NCBI GenBank assembly: GCA_964016885.1
Contig: OZ024742.1
Location: 240,312,001 to 240,376,000 of the forward strand
Length of the DNA stretch: 64,000 nt
DNA from: Eledone cirrhosa
Taxonomy: Eukaryota
Direction: 5' to 3'
The notes below the pieces were generated by a model. It saw only the letters and a program-made list of their open reading frames with translations. It made no database searches and had not been told where the DNA came from. Made by a program: the position numbers and the translations under genes. Every line of letters begins with the position of its first letter. Position 1 is the stretch's first letter. Shown here piece after piece: positions 1 to 13,094 of this stretch.

Positions 1-663
1 TCATCATCATCAACGTTTAACGTCCGTGTTCCACGCTTGCATGGGTTTGGACGGGGGTAGTCCCACTTGAGGCAAGAGTGATTGTCTTGCTCGCATAGGA
101 CTGTCTGGCAGGTTTTCTACAGGTGGATGCCCTTCCTAACACCAACCACATTTACAGTGTGGGTCTGGGAGGTTTTTACCGTGTTGCCTTCACGGCCACA
201 TTACAGCGTGGACTGTGTGTTTTTTTGTCGTGACACCTACACGATCTCATTTGTTTCGGCCTGGATGGCGCGGCACCAACATAACTTTACATAGAACGGG
301 GTGGTATGGATTGGGTGGGGGTGGTGGCGGGACGGGGTGTATTTTGTTAGAGATGCCTACTGGCAAGGCGGGTCTTCTCTGTTACTGAGTACCGCCAAAG
401 GTCACGGTCCAGTGACATTGTCTTGGAGAGGTGTAAGTGTGTGAGGTCGGAGTTTATCAGCTCGTCCCAGGTTTTTCTAGGTCTGCCTATTCCGTGACTA
501 CCGTCTATCTTTATTGCCCTGCACTTTGTTATACAGCTATCGACTTTCATGCGCATCACGTGTCCATACCAACGTAGCCTTCTCTCGAGTAAACAACATC
601 TGATCCCTCTTATCTCTAATTTTTTCCTTAGTTCGTTTATGCTTTGCCGTTCACGTATATTAC
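1..663 (-). mobile_element. RTE-clade LINE 3' fragment (end of ORF, 3'UTR, (GAT)n tail)
   Basis: ORF 347..739 contains RRLRWYGHVMRM...GRPRKTW, typical of the RTE C-terminus. The tail reads tcatcatcatc at position 1. Confidence 0.9.
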
Positions 664-689
664 TGTATATATATATATATACACATATA

Positions 690-790
690 GAGGGTGTCCC
701 CCCAAAATGTATACATACTTTGATTACCTGTACAGGCAATATTTATTAGAATGCCATTGAAGTGTGTATACATTTTTGGGAGACACCCTG
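690..790. mobile_element. Tc1/mariner-like MITE
   Basis: Imperfect TIRs AGGGTGTCCC..AAAATGTATACA and TGTATACATTTTTGGGAGACACCCTG in TA/TG context. Confidence 0.7.
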
Positions 791-2399
791 TGTGTGAGTG
801 TGTGTGAGAGAGAGAGAGAATCATATATACAGGAATACACAGATCTGTTTGTGTGTAAGTATATATTTAAGTCTGCATTTTTTGTACACCATTTTATCAT
901 GGTACCAACATTACAATTTTATGAAGTGGACTGGGTGCATTTTATCATGGCACTGTTTTCATTTAGTGACTGCTATAACATTTAAAGTTACTCAATTAGT
1001 AGAGTTGTTAGAATGTTGGATAGAATGTTTTGTGGTTTTTGTTCTGGTTCTCTGTGCTCTGAGTTCAAATCCCACTGCAGTCAATTTTTACCTTTCACCC
1101 TTTCAATATCAATAAATTAAGTACCAGTCATATACTGAGGGTCTATTTTTTCCCCCTCTATCTCTCTTCATCACTTTCTCTCACTCTCTACTTTTTGCTG
1201 AAGGAAATCAGTTGTATTCCGACCTGGGGAGGGATGGGGTGTACTAGGTTTATAATACCCAAGACATGTGTATTAGGATGGTGCTCATACAACTCTATCA
1301 GGATTTAAGAGCCCTTTACCATTGTTTTTTTCTTCATCTTCTTCACCCAGAGGGTTGTGTGGGCAGAATCCTCAGATACCTTTTCCAGGAGGTTATATCA
1401 GAAGCAACCACCTCCAAGCGAGATGATGGAAATAGAACTAGTGATGAGTGTTGTGAAGAGAAATGAAATGAGATGTTTGGGTCATGCGTTGAGGAAGGAT
1501 GAAAGTGACTGGGTGAGAGAAATAATGGAAATGAATGGAGAGAGAAGTAGAGGAAGGTGAAGATAAAGAAAGATATAGCTGGGGTTTATGGAGGAGCAAA
1601 TGAAAATCTGGGTTTTGTCGAAACAGGGATGCTGCCAATAGGGAAAAGCGGAGAAGCTTGTCATGGGGCCTGCATTGCTAACTTCTACTTTAGCAAGGAA
1701 AATGGCCTTAAAATGTTTGTTGTTGTTGGGTGTTGCGGTTTTGAGAGGGGCCCATATAAACCTGACTAATTTCCTCTCCCCATAGCATTCATTTTACTTT
1801 ATTGGTTCTTGCTAATGCAAATCATATGATTTCCAAAAATCTATTAGACAAAAGAATACAAATGAGGAATAGTGAAGCCATAATAATAATACTGATGCTT
1901 AAGGTATGATAAGAGAAGGAAAGATTAAACTGAACTCTATATCATTATTGGTAACAGACATCATTATCACCATCATCATTGCCATAACTATCATCGCCAT
2001 ACCATCATTACTATCATCACCATCATTACTATCATTATCACCATTACCATCATTATCACTATTACCATCATTATCACTATTACCATCATCATTTCCTTCA
2101 ATATTTTTTTTTCGTATTTTTTTTTACTGTATTCTATCCATGATTCTAAAATGGCCTTTTATAACAAATTCCTTTTTTTCCTACATCAACTCTTATGAAC
2201 AAATCACATTATAGTTATTACACAGGGTTTGACTGACCATTTAGTTTCCTTTTTGTGCTGGTTTCCATTGAGTCTTCTTTTGGCCTCAGTCCCCACCTTC
2301 CTCGACTGATGGTTTCCTCTGCAAGATCGGGAGATGGGTCCCACATCTGAGAAAGGAGCCCCCTTTTTGTGGAATGGCTGATGCAGTGGGTATCACTGG

Positions 2400-2572
2400 C
2401 AGTGCCAGATTTACGACGAATAAGACCCTGTGCTAGTTAAGTTATGAGGCCCCTTACTTGGGCCCTGAAAGAGGTAATTCATCATAAAAAAAATTTTTGG
2501 CAGGAAGATGACCCCCTCCCAGCCAGTGGGGCCCTGTGCTTAAGCACACCTAAGCACAAAAATCCGACATTG
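2400..2572. mobile_element. hAT-like MITE with 8-bp TSD
   Basis: TIRs CAGTGCCAGATTT and AAATCCGACATTG. Identical ATCACTGG at 2392-2399 and 2573-2580. Confidence 0.8.
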
Positions 2573-2684
2573 ATCACTGGTTGTTCTCTATGTATTCACC
2601 ATTATATCTGCAGGGTGGTGGTGAGGGTAGCTGAGATATACTGTCCAGCCAAGAATGTTGAGTTACTCTATATTTATTATTGTA

Positions 2685-3156
2685 CTAACAGTGGTACCCG
2701 GCGTTGCATGGGATAAGGTATTTTGGAACACGGGCCACCAACAGACCTAATCGTGCAAAAACTGCATGCCTGGAGAATATGTAAAGAAAATAAACCGAAT
2801 ACTCTGATGGCTGGATAATCTTTAGGATTTTCCTTGATGAAGCAGGAAAAAGGCAGGTTTTCACCTAATGCGGGCTTTAGGGGATCAAGAAAATGAATTT
2901 TTTTTATGTGCATAATATGCCTTGAAATTTCGGGAAAATCGGCTAGACGTAAAAAAAAAACTAAAAAGCTGAAAAAACGCAGTTTTTCACCTAATGCTGA
3001 CCCTAGCGGCTCAAAAAGTTGAATAACACTCCCTGAAACATAAGTAATGCACATGTAAAGTTTGAAAAAATTTGGTTGGGTACTTCTCGAGTTTTAGGGA
3101 TTCAAACTCACAGACACACACACACAGACAGACATCCTCAGTTTTATATATAGAGA
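2685..3156 (-). mobile_element. Non-autonomous Helitron inserted into a TTAA MITE
   Basis: On the minus strand it starts TCTCTATATATAAAA followed by (GTCT)/(GT)n and ends with a CCCATGCAACGCCGGG hairpin and TTAG. It sits at an A|T junction with no TSD. The flanks rejoin as the family A MITE. Confidence 0.8.
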
Positions 3157-3505
3157 TTTTCACGGTAAAGGCTTTATCTCACATAATATCAAATCTATGA
3201 GATTTTGATATTATTTATTTTGAGAACAATACCTTAATATAAGTATGAGTGACCAGTTACAGCTGGTTTGAATAGAAAGAGGTGAGAGAATTCTGGCCGG
3301 ATATGGCTGGTTTAAATGCTAAAGGGTTAAAGGAATTGCTTAGTTGCAACATTTTGAGTGAATCAATGGAACATATATACAAAATAACAGTCAATAATAT
3401 AGTGATTGTGTGCATACATGCATGTATGCATTCATGTTAATATGTTTGTATGTATGCATGAGCACATGTATTTATATATATGTATGTATGTGTGCATGAG
3501 CACAT

Positions 3506-3547
<42 letters not shown>

Positions 3548-3575
3548 CTATCTATCTCTATCTCTATATACATAT

Positions 3576-3917
3576 GGAGGCACATGGCTTAGTGGTTAGA
3601 GCATTGGCCTTGCAATCGAAAGGTTGTGAGTTCAATTCTCAGACCGGGTGGTGTGTTGTTTCCTTGAGCAAGACACTTTATTTCACATTGCTCCAGTTTA
3701 CTCAGCTGTAGAAATGAGATGATAAGGACCCCAGTCCCTATCATTCCACTGCAAAGTGGTCGTGCAGGCGCCACGGAAAAAAAAGCACCCAGCACTCACT
3801 GTAAATGAGGTTGGTGTTAGGAAGGGCATCCAGCTGTAGAAATCAAATCAGAATCAGTTCCCGTCCCACCCTTGCAAGCAGGGAAAAGCGGACGTAAAAT
3901 GAAATGATGATGATGAT
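3576..3917 (+). mobile_element. Apparently complete tRNA-derived SINE with RTE-derived 3' tail
   Basis: A-box TGGCTTAGTGG, B-box GAGTTCAATTC, body TCCTTGAGCAAGACACTT. The 3' part is shared with the RTE 3'UTR at about 17690-17957 and ends in (GAT)n. Confidence 0.85.
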
Positions 3918-4218
3918 ATGTATGTTGTGATCAACACTGATAACACAAACCAGTCAATGAAAGGCTGTCATGTTCTTTCGTTCATTTGTTCTGTCTCTCT
4001 GACGTTCAGAACCTCAGGTGGATGTTGTCCCTCGGTCCCAGCTGACAGAATTTAGATGATGTTATCCCTCCAATATGAAATTTTGAATCAATAAATTTTT
4101 TTCTGGTCTTCTTATTTTCCTATTCAACTTTTCAAAGGGTCCTCCCTCTTGGTATCTTCCTTCAATTAACATCCCTTATCAACAAATACTGGGATTTTAC
4201 AGCATTTTCCTCCTCCTC

Positions 4219-4262
<44 letters not shown>

Positions 4263-4349
4263 CATCACCACCACCTTCACTGCTGCTCCTGCTAAATCTT
4301 AAGCATTAACAATTGTTTGATTTAGATATAATAATAATTAATAACAATA

Positions 4350-4800
4350 ATAAAAATTTACAATATTTAAATAAAAATTTACAATATTTCAATTAAAATA
4401 TACAATATTTCAATTAAAATATATAACATATTTTAATGAAAATATACAATATTTTAATTAAAATATATAATATTGTAATAAAAATATACAATATTTTTAT
4501 GAAAATATACAATATTTTAATTAAAATATATAATATTGTAATAAAAATATACAATATTTTTATGAAAACACTATTTTAATGAAAATATACAATATCCTAA
4601 TGAAAATATAGAATGTTTTAATGAAAATATACAATATCTTAATGAAAAATATACAGTATTTTAATAAAAGATAAAAATAAACAATATTTAGATAAAAAAT
4701 ATACAATATTTAAATGAAAATATACAATATTTTAATAAAAATATACAATGTTTTAATAAAAAAATATATATTTTAATGAAAATACATATTTTAAAGTAAA
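4350..4800. repeat. AT-rich minisatellite, unit about 20-21 bp (AAAATATACAATATTTTAATG)
   Basis: Roughly 20 degenerate tandem copies visible. Confidence 0.85.
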
Positions 4801-5770
4801 TGTTTTGTTTTTTAATATATTTTAATGGAATTATATGATAATTATTAGTACTAATATTACAACCATGAAAATTATTGATAATAATAATTACAATAACAAT
4901 AATAATGTGTCTTTTTAATAGAAATCAGATATTTTGATAGTAGGCTGCAAAATGGCTAAGCTGTTAGAACACCAGATAGAAGCCTTTGGTTCTGACTCTC
5001 TACATTCTCATTTCAAATCCTGCTAAGATCAATATTGCCTTTCATCCTTTCAAGGTCACTAAATAAAGTAGCAAGTCTTACTGAAACCCCCCCCCCTTCT
5101 CTCTCTCAGAAATCGGCTATGTTCAGGCCTGGAGAAAGATGAATTGTATCAGGTTTTAATGCTCAAGACACACATATATCACTATGGTACCCTTACGATT
5201 CTATCAACAGTTATGAGTGTGTCATGTCATACTTAAATAATTAAAAAAATAGAAGATATTTTTTTTTCACTGATATTACAAAGGTAATAATTGTTGACAG
5301 TGATTATCCCCATTAGCATGGTGTTGAGTGATTAAGAATACAGAACTTCCCTGGACTGGATGCTGGTCTATGACAGGTTTAAATCTCCAGCTATTACTGG
5401 TACTCATTTCCAACTGAGTACACTGGAACAATATGGAATGAAGTGTTTTGCTCAAGAACACAACACAACCCAGTCCAGGAATCAGACCCACAACATTATG
5501 ATTTTAAGTCCAATACCCTAATCACTAGGCCACACACCTTCACTGAATACATGTAAATTAATGTGACATACTTTAAATGTGGGCCTTCTCCACCTAATTT
5601 AAATTATACTTTATATACCTCAACATTTCATATATATACAACACCAAGTCATATGTACAAAGCGTATATTTTTCCTATAAATTATGTGCTTTTATGATTC
5701 ATCCCACCCTTTGCCTCATGCAGATAGCTGAAAGCATCTACTCTTTCACTTAACTTCTCTTTGCCCCCAG

Positions 5771-5788
5771 GTCATATGTTGTGACCAG
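5771..5788 (+). CDS. Candidate 18-nt microexon with GC donor (phase 2-2: SYVVTR)
   Basis: cttaac branch-like motif, pyrimidine tract containing TGC, cccag acceptor and AG|gcaagt donor. Confidence 0.3.
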
Positions 5789-6613
5789 GCAAGTGGTTGT
5801 ATAACCTGCCTCCTGTGAATGGAATAATAATAATAATAATTGTTTCTACTGTTGGCACAAGGCCAGCAATTACCCAGTATATTACTGGTACTTTATTTTA
5901 TCGACCCTGTAAGGATGAAAGGCAAAGTTAACCATGACGAAATTTGAACTCAGTCCGTAAAGGGACGTAATAATAATTCATGTGAAGGAAGGATGTGACA
6001 ATACATCCATCAAGGAAAGGGAGAAAATATCTAAGTATAAAGACCCAGATTTTGTGGTAATCTGAAACTATAGGGCTGTTCCTCCTGTTTGTATCTGAAA
6101 AGCCCTTGGAACATTTTTCATTTAGCCTTCTTTTTAACGTTTCCTACATCCAGTGGAAACCTTTCCAGGTATTCTGCATAGACTCCTAGTGCTGTGTGTA
6201 TCAGGAGATGGTTGTTTTTTGTTTTCATGCAGAGTTCCTTTAATTCTGCCCCATAATAATATAACTGATTTCTTTATTCATACACAAAGAAATATGTTAG
6301 TCATAACTGGTCATAAAAGTTGTCTGTACATACCCTGCCAACCTCCTTTGGAAAAGACAGTACAGGCCATACCATCTAATTTCTACCTGCATCTAAGATA
6401 TATGGGCTCTATACCTTAGTCAGAATAACAGCAGTAAGGATTATAGTAGAAAGTTTGAAATTTACTGGTTAAATTATATATAGTGACTATACTGGGATTT
6501 GAACTCCTAACTGCAACGTCACAATTTAAATATTTTTCCTATCTCAGAATTGTCAGAAACATTAAAGCATCTATGAAGAACAACAACCTATGCCTTTTTA
6601 ACTAAGATATTTC

Positions 6614-6828
6614 AAAATAGAAATAGAAGCTTTCGCTGGATTTTTTACTAAAGAAATTTTAGCCTGATAGTGGGGTTTAGAACCCTCAAAGAAATGGAAA
6701 AAGATGAGTATTGGCATCCCATGTACGTCAATACTCATCTTTTTTCATTTCTTTGAGAGTTCTAAACCCCACTATCAAACTAAAATATCTTTAGTCAAAA
6801 ATACAGCGAAAGTTTCTATTTCTATTTT
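6614..6828. repeat. Foldback inverted repeat, arms about 100 bp
   Basis: AAAATAGAAATAGAAGCTTTCGCTG...GATGAGTATTG is mirrored by CAATACTCATC...CAGCGAAAGTTTCTATTTCTATTTT. Confidence 0.9.
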
Positions 6829-7053
6829 CAAACTCACTTGCTGTTTCAAAAACATACTTGTTAAGATATTTTAATAAAATATAAGATTTCTTTTTACCAC
6901 AGATATTACAGGAGTAATAATCATTGATAATGTTGCTGCTGTTGATAATAATAATAATAACTAATAATAATAATAATAATAATAACCTATGTTTTTTTTC
7001 TCATTCTAAGGTAACTTTGAAAATTTGAAATTTATTTATTTTTATTTTTATTT

Positions 7054-7400
7054 TTATTTTTGTTTGTAAAAATCTGCCACAATCCATACATCTAAGTCCA
7101 AATCCTTCTCACTCGTGTTGGAGGAGCCCTCCCTGGTTGACCTCCACTGCTTCTTATCTCTGACCATACTGGGCCATGTGGTTCTAAGATATTGGGTCAG
7201 ATTGTTGTGCCATCTGGCTTTAGGTTGCAGTTTAGTTCTTCTCCACTGTTTTGGTGTCAATTCTGTTGCTCTAATAAACCACCTGTTGTCTCTGAAATGA
7301 GAGATATGGCCAGCCCATCTATATTTGTCTTTCTTGATGGTCTTGATTATGTCTTTCACTCCAGTCTGCTGTCGAATCTAGATATTGCTCTTTTTGTCAC
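7054..7400 (-). mobile_element. Decayed RTE-like LINE 3' fragment (second family)
   Basis: ORF reads KYRWAGHI...DNRW...W, the RTE C-terminal motif. Confidence 0.7.
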
Positions 7401-7648
7401 AATCCTTATTAATGGCTATAAAATAATTGAATAATTTGGCTAAATTACCCTTGGAGACAGAAAGCAGTTGGACAGAGATACCTGTAGGGATTTCACTATT
7501 CATCTGTTGTGAATTGTGGTGCCAGCTTTTCACAATAAAAGCAAATATGTTTCAAATTTTCAAAGCTGTCCAATTTCTTCAAACTTAACAGTCTATGACA
7601 ACTGTTTGAACTTATTGTTTTTCTTTTGTTTTCTTTTGTTTTCACAAG

Positions 7649-7678
7649 GAAATTTGACATAATCCGACGACAATTCAG
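7649..7678 (+). CDS. Candidate 30-nt exon (phase 2-2: KFDIIRRQFR)
   Basis: Long T-rich tract and acaag acceptor, CpG-containing open frame, AG|gttgaa donor (weak). Confidence 0.3.
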
Positions 7679-7753
7679 GTTGAAGTGTCCTTTACCTTTA
7701 TTTATACATTTATTTACATATTTATATATTTATAATTACTCAACCTTAAAGCG

Positions 7754-7784
<31 letters not shown>

Positions 7785-8386
7785 TCTACCCCCAGTTCAT
7801 ATTCCTGCTGCTTCCCTCAACTAACCTGAAGCTTTTTTCATCTCTTAATTATATGTAAACAGAGTAAAAATATAAATGCCTAGCTACTATTTCTCTTTGT
7901 TTGAGATCTAATAATAATAAAATCAAGAATTAAACTTGCTTACATCACTATTCAAACCATAGCTCAGCTTGTATAAAGTATATTGTTAAACCAGAAATAA
8001 ATTGGTTATTTGATAGCTTTAATCTAGCATAACATTTGTATAAATATTAAAATAATGATAATATAAATAAGATTGATAATATAAATGAGAATAATAATAA
8101 TAATAATATGAGAATATTAATAATAGTAATATTGATAATGATATAAATGAGAATATTAATAATAGTAATAATGATATTAATAATAGTAATAATGATAATA
8201 ATTAATAATGATAAAACAATTGTTAATATCAGTAAATGTTTATTGAATGTAATTGTTGCTTTTCATATCTTCATATAATTTTCGGCTGGGAAGATCAATA
8301 ATTGATTTCTTGCTGCAACTCCCATGATGAAAGTAGCATACTATTATGGTGCAGTTCATTGTAAAAGTCTGCAGGAGCAAGTATTA

Positions 8387-8797
8387 TGGTAAAACCTTAA
8401 GGAGTTCACTTCACAACCATGTGGTTTTGTGTTGCTCATGTTGGTAAAACCTTAAGGAGTTCACTTCATGTGGTTTTCTGTTGCTCATGTTGATAAAACC
8501 CTAAGGAGTTCACTTCAGAACCATCTACTTCTGGGTTGTTCATGTTGGTAAAACCCTAAGGAGTTCACTTCACAACCATCTACTTCTGGGTTGTTCATAT
8601 TGGTAAAACATTAAGGAGTTCACTTCACAACCATGTGGTTTTGGGTTGCTCATGTTGGTAAAACCTTAAGGAGTTCACTTCACAACCATCTACTTCTGGG
8701 TTGCTCATGTTGGTAAAACATTAAGGAGTTCGCTTCATGTGATTCTGGGTTGCTCATGTTGGAAAAACTTTGAGGAGTTCATTTCATGTGGTTCTGT
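8387..8797 (+). repeat. Tandem array of 8 units of 55 or 49 bp, derived from a SINE tRNA-like head
   Basis: Units start at 8387, 8442, 8491, 8546, 8601, 8656, 8711 and 8760 (TGGTAAAACCTTAAGGAGTTCACTTCACAACCAT...). Related to SINE heads at about 32840 and 51740. Confidence 0.85.
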
Positions 8798-11700
8798 GAT
8801 AGAACAGGGGGTGAAGCAGTTTGATATCAAAAGGGTTAAGTGCTGGTTACTGAATATAATCCATTCAATACCAAACTGCCTGAAACCACCCCTGTTCTAT
8901 GATACAGAGCTGTTTATTTGAAATAAGTTATATTTATTCAAAATTTTTCTATCATAATTTTATCTATGAACCTGTGTTATGTTCCAAACACCAGCTTTAT
9001 AATGAGAAAGTTACTAAATCCTTTCAAATTATTGATTATTTTCAAGATGATTATTCATTAGAAATATGGTAATAAAAGGATTAACCCTTTTGATACCAAA
9101 CCGCTTGAAACCACAACTGTTTATTTTAAAGTGTTTATATTTATCTAAAACCCACCCTCGTAATTATATGTAAAAACCTTTGTTAAGTGTGTTTCAAACA
9201 TTAGATAAATACCAAGAAAGTTAGTTATATTACTAGATCTCAAGTCTCTAATATAGAAAAAGGGAATTTACAGCTCACACCTCTGCAGGTTTAGCTGGCT
9301 TCATGCTAGGTTGCATCTCATAAGATATTTCTTGGATGTTTTAATGATAGGGACTCCATTTGTTGTCACAGTTCACACCTATGCAGATTTAACTGGTCTC
9401 CTATGAGGTTGCATCTCATAGGAGGTTTCTTGAATGTTTTAATGATAAAGACCCCAGCTCTGTCATGTTGTAGTTACAACTCATACCAATGCAGGTTTAA
9501 CTGACCTCTGGCAAAGTTGCATCTCATAGGTTTCTTGGGGATTTAAATGATAGGGACTCCAATCCTACCATGGAAAGCAACAGGAAATGAAGCATCTTGC
9601 TCAAGAATGTAACACACTGCCTGGTTCAGGAATCAAACTCACAATCTGATGATCATAAGTCAAATACCCTATCCACTAGGCCATACACCTTCTGTAATAT
9701 GATGCATTCTGATTTTGTGAATAGCTGTGACCTTTAGTGTTCATGGAATCAATTCTACTGGACCCATCAGCATCTATCTCTGTTAAGAAGCATGTGATTT
9801 ACACATACATTTAATTGATTTGTCTAATTAGGTTTCATGATATAATGAAGAGGTCACGAGGTTACTGCAGTACTAGTGTTATTGACAAGCAGCTGGATTT
9901 GGTCTATTTTACCAATATACTAAATGATATACACTCATGTGATTTGCAGTTTATTAGTACTTTTATTACTATGGCAGATTATTAGTATTTTTATTACTAT
10001 GGCAGTAGGTGTGCGGTTAGCCAACAAGATCCATAACCCAAGTTTGATTCCTGATCAAAATCATCATCATTTTACGTCCACTGTCCATACTGGCATGGTT
10101 TGAACAGTTTTTCAGGGTCTAGGGCCAGACAGGCCAAACAATCACATCTTGCTCATATTTTCCATACTTGACATGGTTTCTATGGTTAGATGCACTACCT
10201 TACAGCAACCATCTTACAGGGTATTCTGGGTCCATTTAATCAGAGTGACTGGTTATTCTGCTAATGACCTTGGGGATATAGTAGCATCAATAGATGAGTG
10301 CTTTTTGTTGTGGCACCAGTACAACCGCATTACAGTGTGAACTGAGTGATTTTGTCATGGCACTAGTACACCCATCTTACAGGGTAGGCAAGATGTTTTT
10401 TGTTGTGGCACCAGCACTACTTCATTACAACATTAGGGTATTAGGGTGCTTGGTTTGTTAGACAGGAGAGGCATTGGGTGTGAGGGTGTAAAATGTGAGA
10501 GGGGTGCAGGCTATAAGCTACTTGTTGATGGAGGAGACCTCTTACCATGAGAGAAGGAAGTGCCAGGACATGGGGATGACCTTGAGGCAGGTGGATGGTG
10601 TTTGACATGTTGGTTGTGCCTGGCTTCCTGGGTTGGACAGGAAAGGTGAGTCAGGTATATGAGTGGGGAGGGAGGAACATGGGCTGGTGGTTGGGGAAGG
10701 TAAATCAGAGAAGGTCTGCCCTAGCTTTCCATGCTGAAATGGCTTGGACAAGGGCGGTAGGAAAGAAGTAGGTTATGAGTGGGTAGTGGCTAATGGTGGT
10801 GGGGCGTTAGATGAGGAAATTGGGAGAATACTGGCTGGTGGGGATCTGAATGTTCCACCTCTTTGCTGCTTTATGTTGAAGATGGAAGAAAAAGGACAGA
10901 AGGGAAGTTAGAGCCATACTGGCAGGTGGGGGATCTTTTGCAGTGCAGCATGTTATCAGCCATCTCCTTCATATGGTTCAGCTGCATGAGGTCCATCTTC
11001 ACATCATCCTCCCAAATTTTTCTAGGTCTTCCCCTTCAATAGGTTCCATCAACTTCGAGCACTCTGCATTTCTTTGTGCAGCTATCATCCTCCATACACT
11101 CCACATATCCATACCAGTGCAGTCTTCTCTTTAGAGCACTGCATCAGATTTCTCATTTACCCAGGTTTCTCTCAGTTCACCCACACACCCTCATTTATGC
11201 ACATTAACGTTTCCCATCCAACAGAGTATGCATGCTTTATTTCTCTCCAGCCTCCATATATCCTCTGTATTTACTGCTCATGTCTCACTGCCATGGAACA
11301 GTGAAAGATAAACTATATATCTTCAGATATAAAATAATTAAAGTAAAAGGTAAAGGCTCTTAACTGTTGATGGAGCCAGAGGGGTGTCGTCTTGACACAT
11401 GGCTGGCATGCCTTTGGGCATTTGAAATCTAATAGCACCCATCCTTTTCCAGAGAAAAAAAAATGATAAAGAGAAATAGAGGGAAAACGGGTCCCTGTAC
11501 TGGCACTCTATTTATTGTCCTCAAAAGGATGTAAAGCAAAGTTGACTGTGGCAGGATTTGAACTCAGTGAAATGAGCTGGAACTGAGGTATTTTTAATCT
11601 GACACTCTAATTACTTTGCCTATTTAGTGCCATAGAGAAAAATAATTAGACTTGAAAATATAGCATCACTTTCTTTATTGAAAGACAATTTTTGGTGCTC

Positions 11701-12764
11701 CTCAACCCCCATTAAAGAAATAACCTTTATTAGAATACAAACGAGAAATATTGATATTATGATGGTGATATTGATTAAGGATTGATTAGAAAGAGAAGAT
11801 ATACTTTGCTTTATAATATTGTTGGTAATGGCCATTATCAACCTCTCTATCATCATTATCATCATCTTTATCATCATTACCATCACCATCAATATTTTAG
11901 TATTTTTTACTGTATTAATGTTTATATTGCTGTTCAGTCAATGATTCCAAAATGGCTTCTTATAGCCACTTCATTTTTCTTATATCAACTCTTCAATCTC
12001 ATTACTTCATTTAGTTCATCATCAGCATCATCATCCATCTGCTTTCCTTGCTGGCAAGGGTTGGATGGGTTGTCTGTGTCTGAAACTTGACAGTTCAGGA
12101 AACTACATCTTGCCCATATGTTCTGTACTTGCCATAGTTTCTCCTAATGCCAACCACTTTCCAGATTGTACAGGGTGCATTTTATCATGGCACCAGCATT
12201 ACCACTTCACAGAGTTTATTGTGTGCAATTTATCCTGGTACCAGCTCTAGACTAGCCAAACTGAAGAGCCCTCGCTAAACCAAGCCTATATTGTCTATTC
12301 GATCACCAACCATTTTACAATGGCATCACCACTAGAAAGTTTCTCAGGTACTTGACATATTTAGAGGGTCCTCTCAACCCTATGTTGTCTTGGTGTTTGT
12401 TTAAACATTTTGTCACCATATTTCTAATGAAAGACACTTTTAAATATGATAGAGGGAGGGATGCAGATGATAAGACAAAATAGAGAGGCTTGTTATGGAG
12501 CCTACATAGCTAAACTTTACTTTTGCAAGGAAAATGGTTTTAAAACATAACTTTATCTAAAACCTTTTGTTATGTTCCAAACACCAACTTAATAACAAGA
12601 AAGTTATTTTACCAAATCTCTCCAAATATCCTTGGTTATTTTCAAAATTATTTGAAAATCATAGGCAGTGTCTTTCATGATAAATAAAGTAACGGAATAG
12701 GTTTATATTCCTTCACTATTTTTTATTTTGACATAATACTTTTGAAAGATTTTTTAAATTTCAG

Positions 12765-13094
12765 ATGATTAAAAAGCCCAAACAAAACATAAAAAGAATT
12801 AAAACGATTTTTTTTTTATTCAGAATGTTCAGTCTAAAGAGACCATCATCTGTAAATATAAGATCTGTTTTGTTTTGGTTAACTTAGGAGAAGAAAAGAA
12901 AAATATACCCTCTAAACTATGATCTGTTTAACAACTTTTAGAATGACTTCAAAAGCTTATGATTTTTCTAATTTCAACCATTAACCAAAACAAAACATCT
13001 TATATTTACTAACGATGGTCTCTTTAGACTGAAAATTCTGTATAAAACACTATATTTTAGTTCTTTTTATGCATAGTTTAGGCTTTTTAATCAT
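12765..13094. repeat. Foldback inverted repeat, arms about 115 bp with an approximately 95-bp spacer
   Basis: CAGTCTAAAGAGACCATC...TTTTGTTTTGGTTAA is mirrored by TTAACCAAAACAAAAC...GATGGTCTCTTTAGACTG. Confidence 0.85.

Noticed and set aside
3576-3650. tRNA genes at the many A/B-box motifs
   Set aside because: None forms a complete cloverleaf and all run into SINE bodies.
8387-8797. CRISPR-like appearance of regularly spaced repeats
   Set aside because: There are no unique spacers, the whole unit repeats, the context is a eukaryotic intron, and no cas genes are present.
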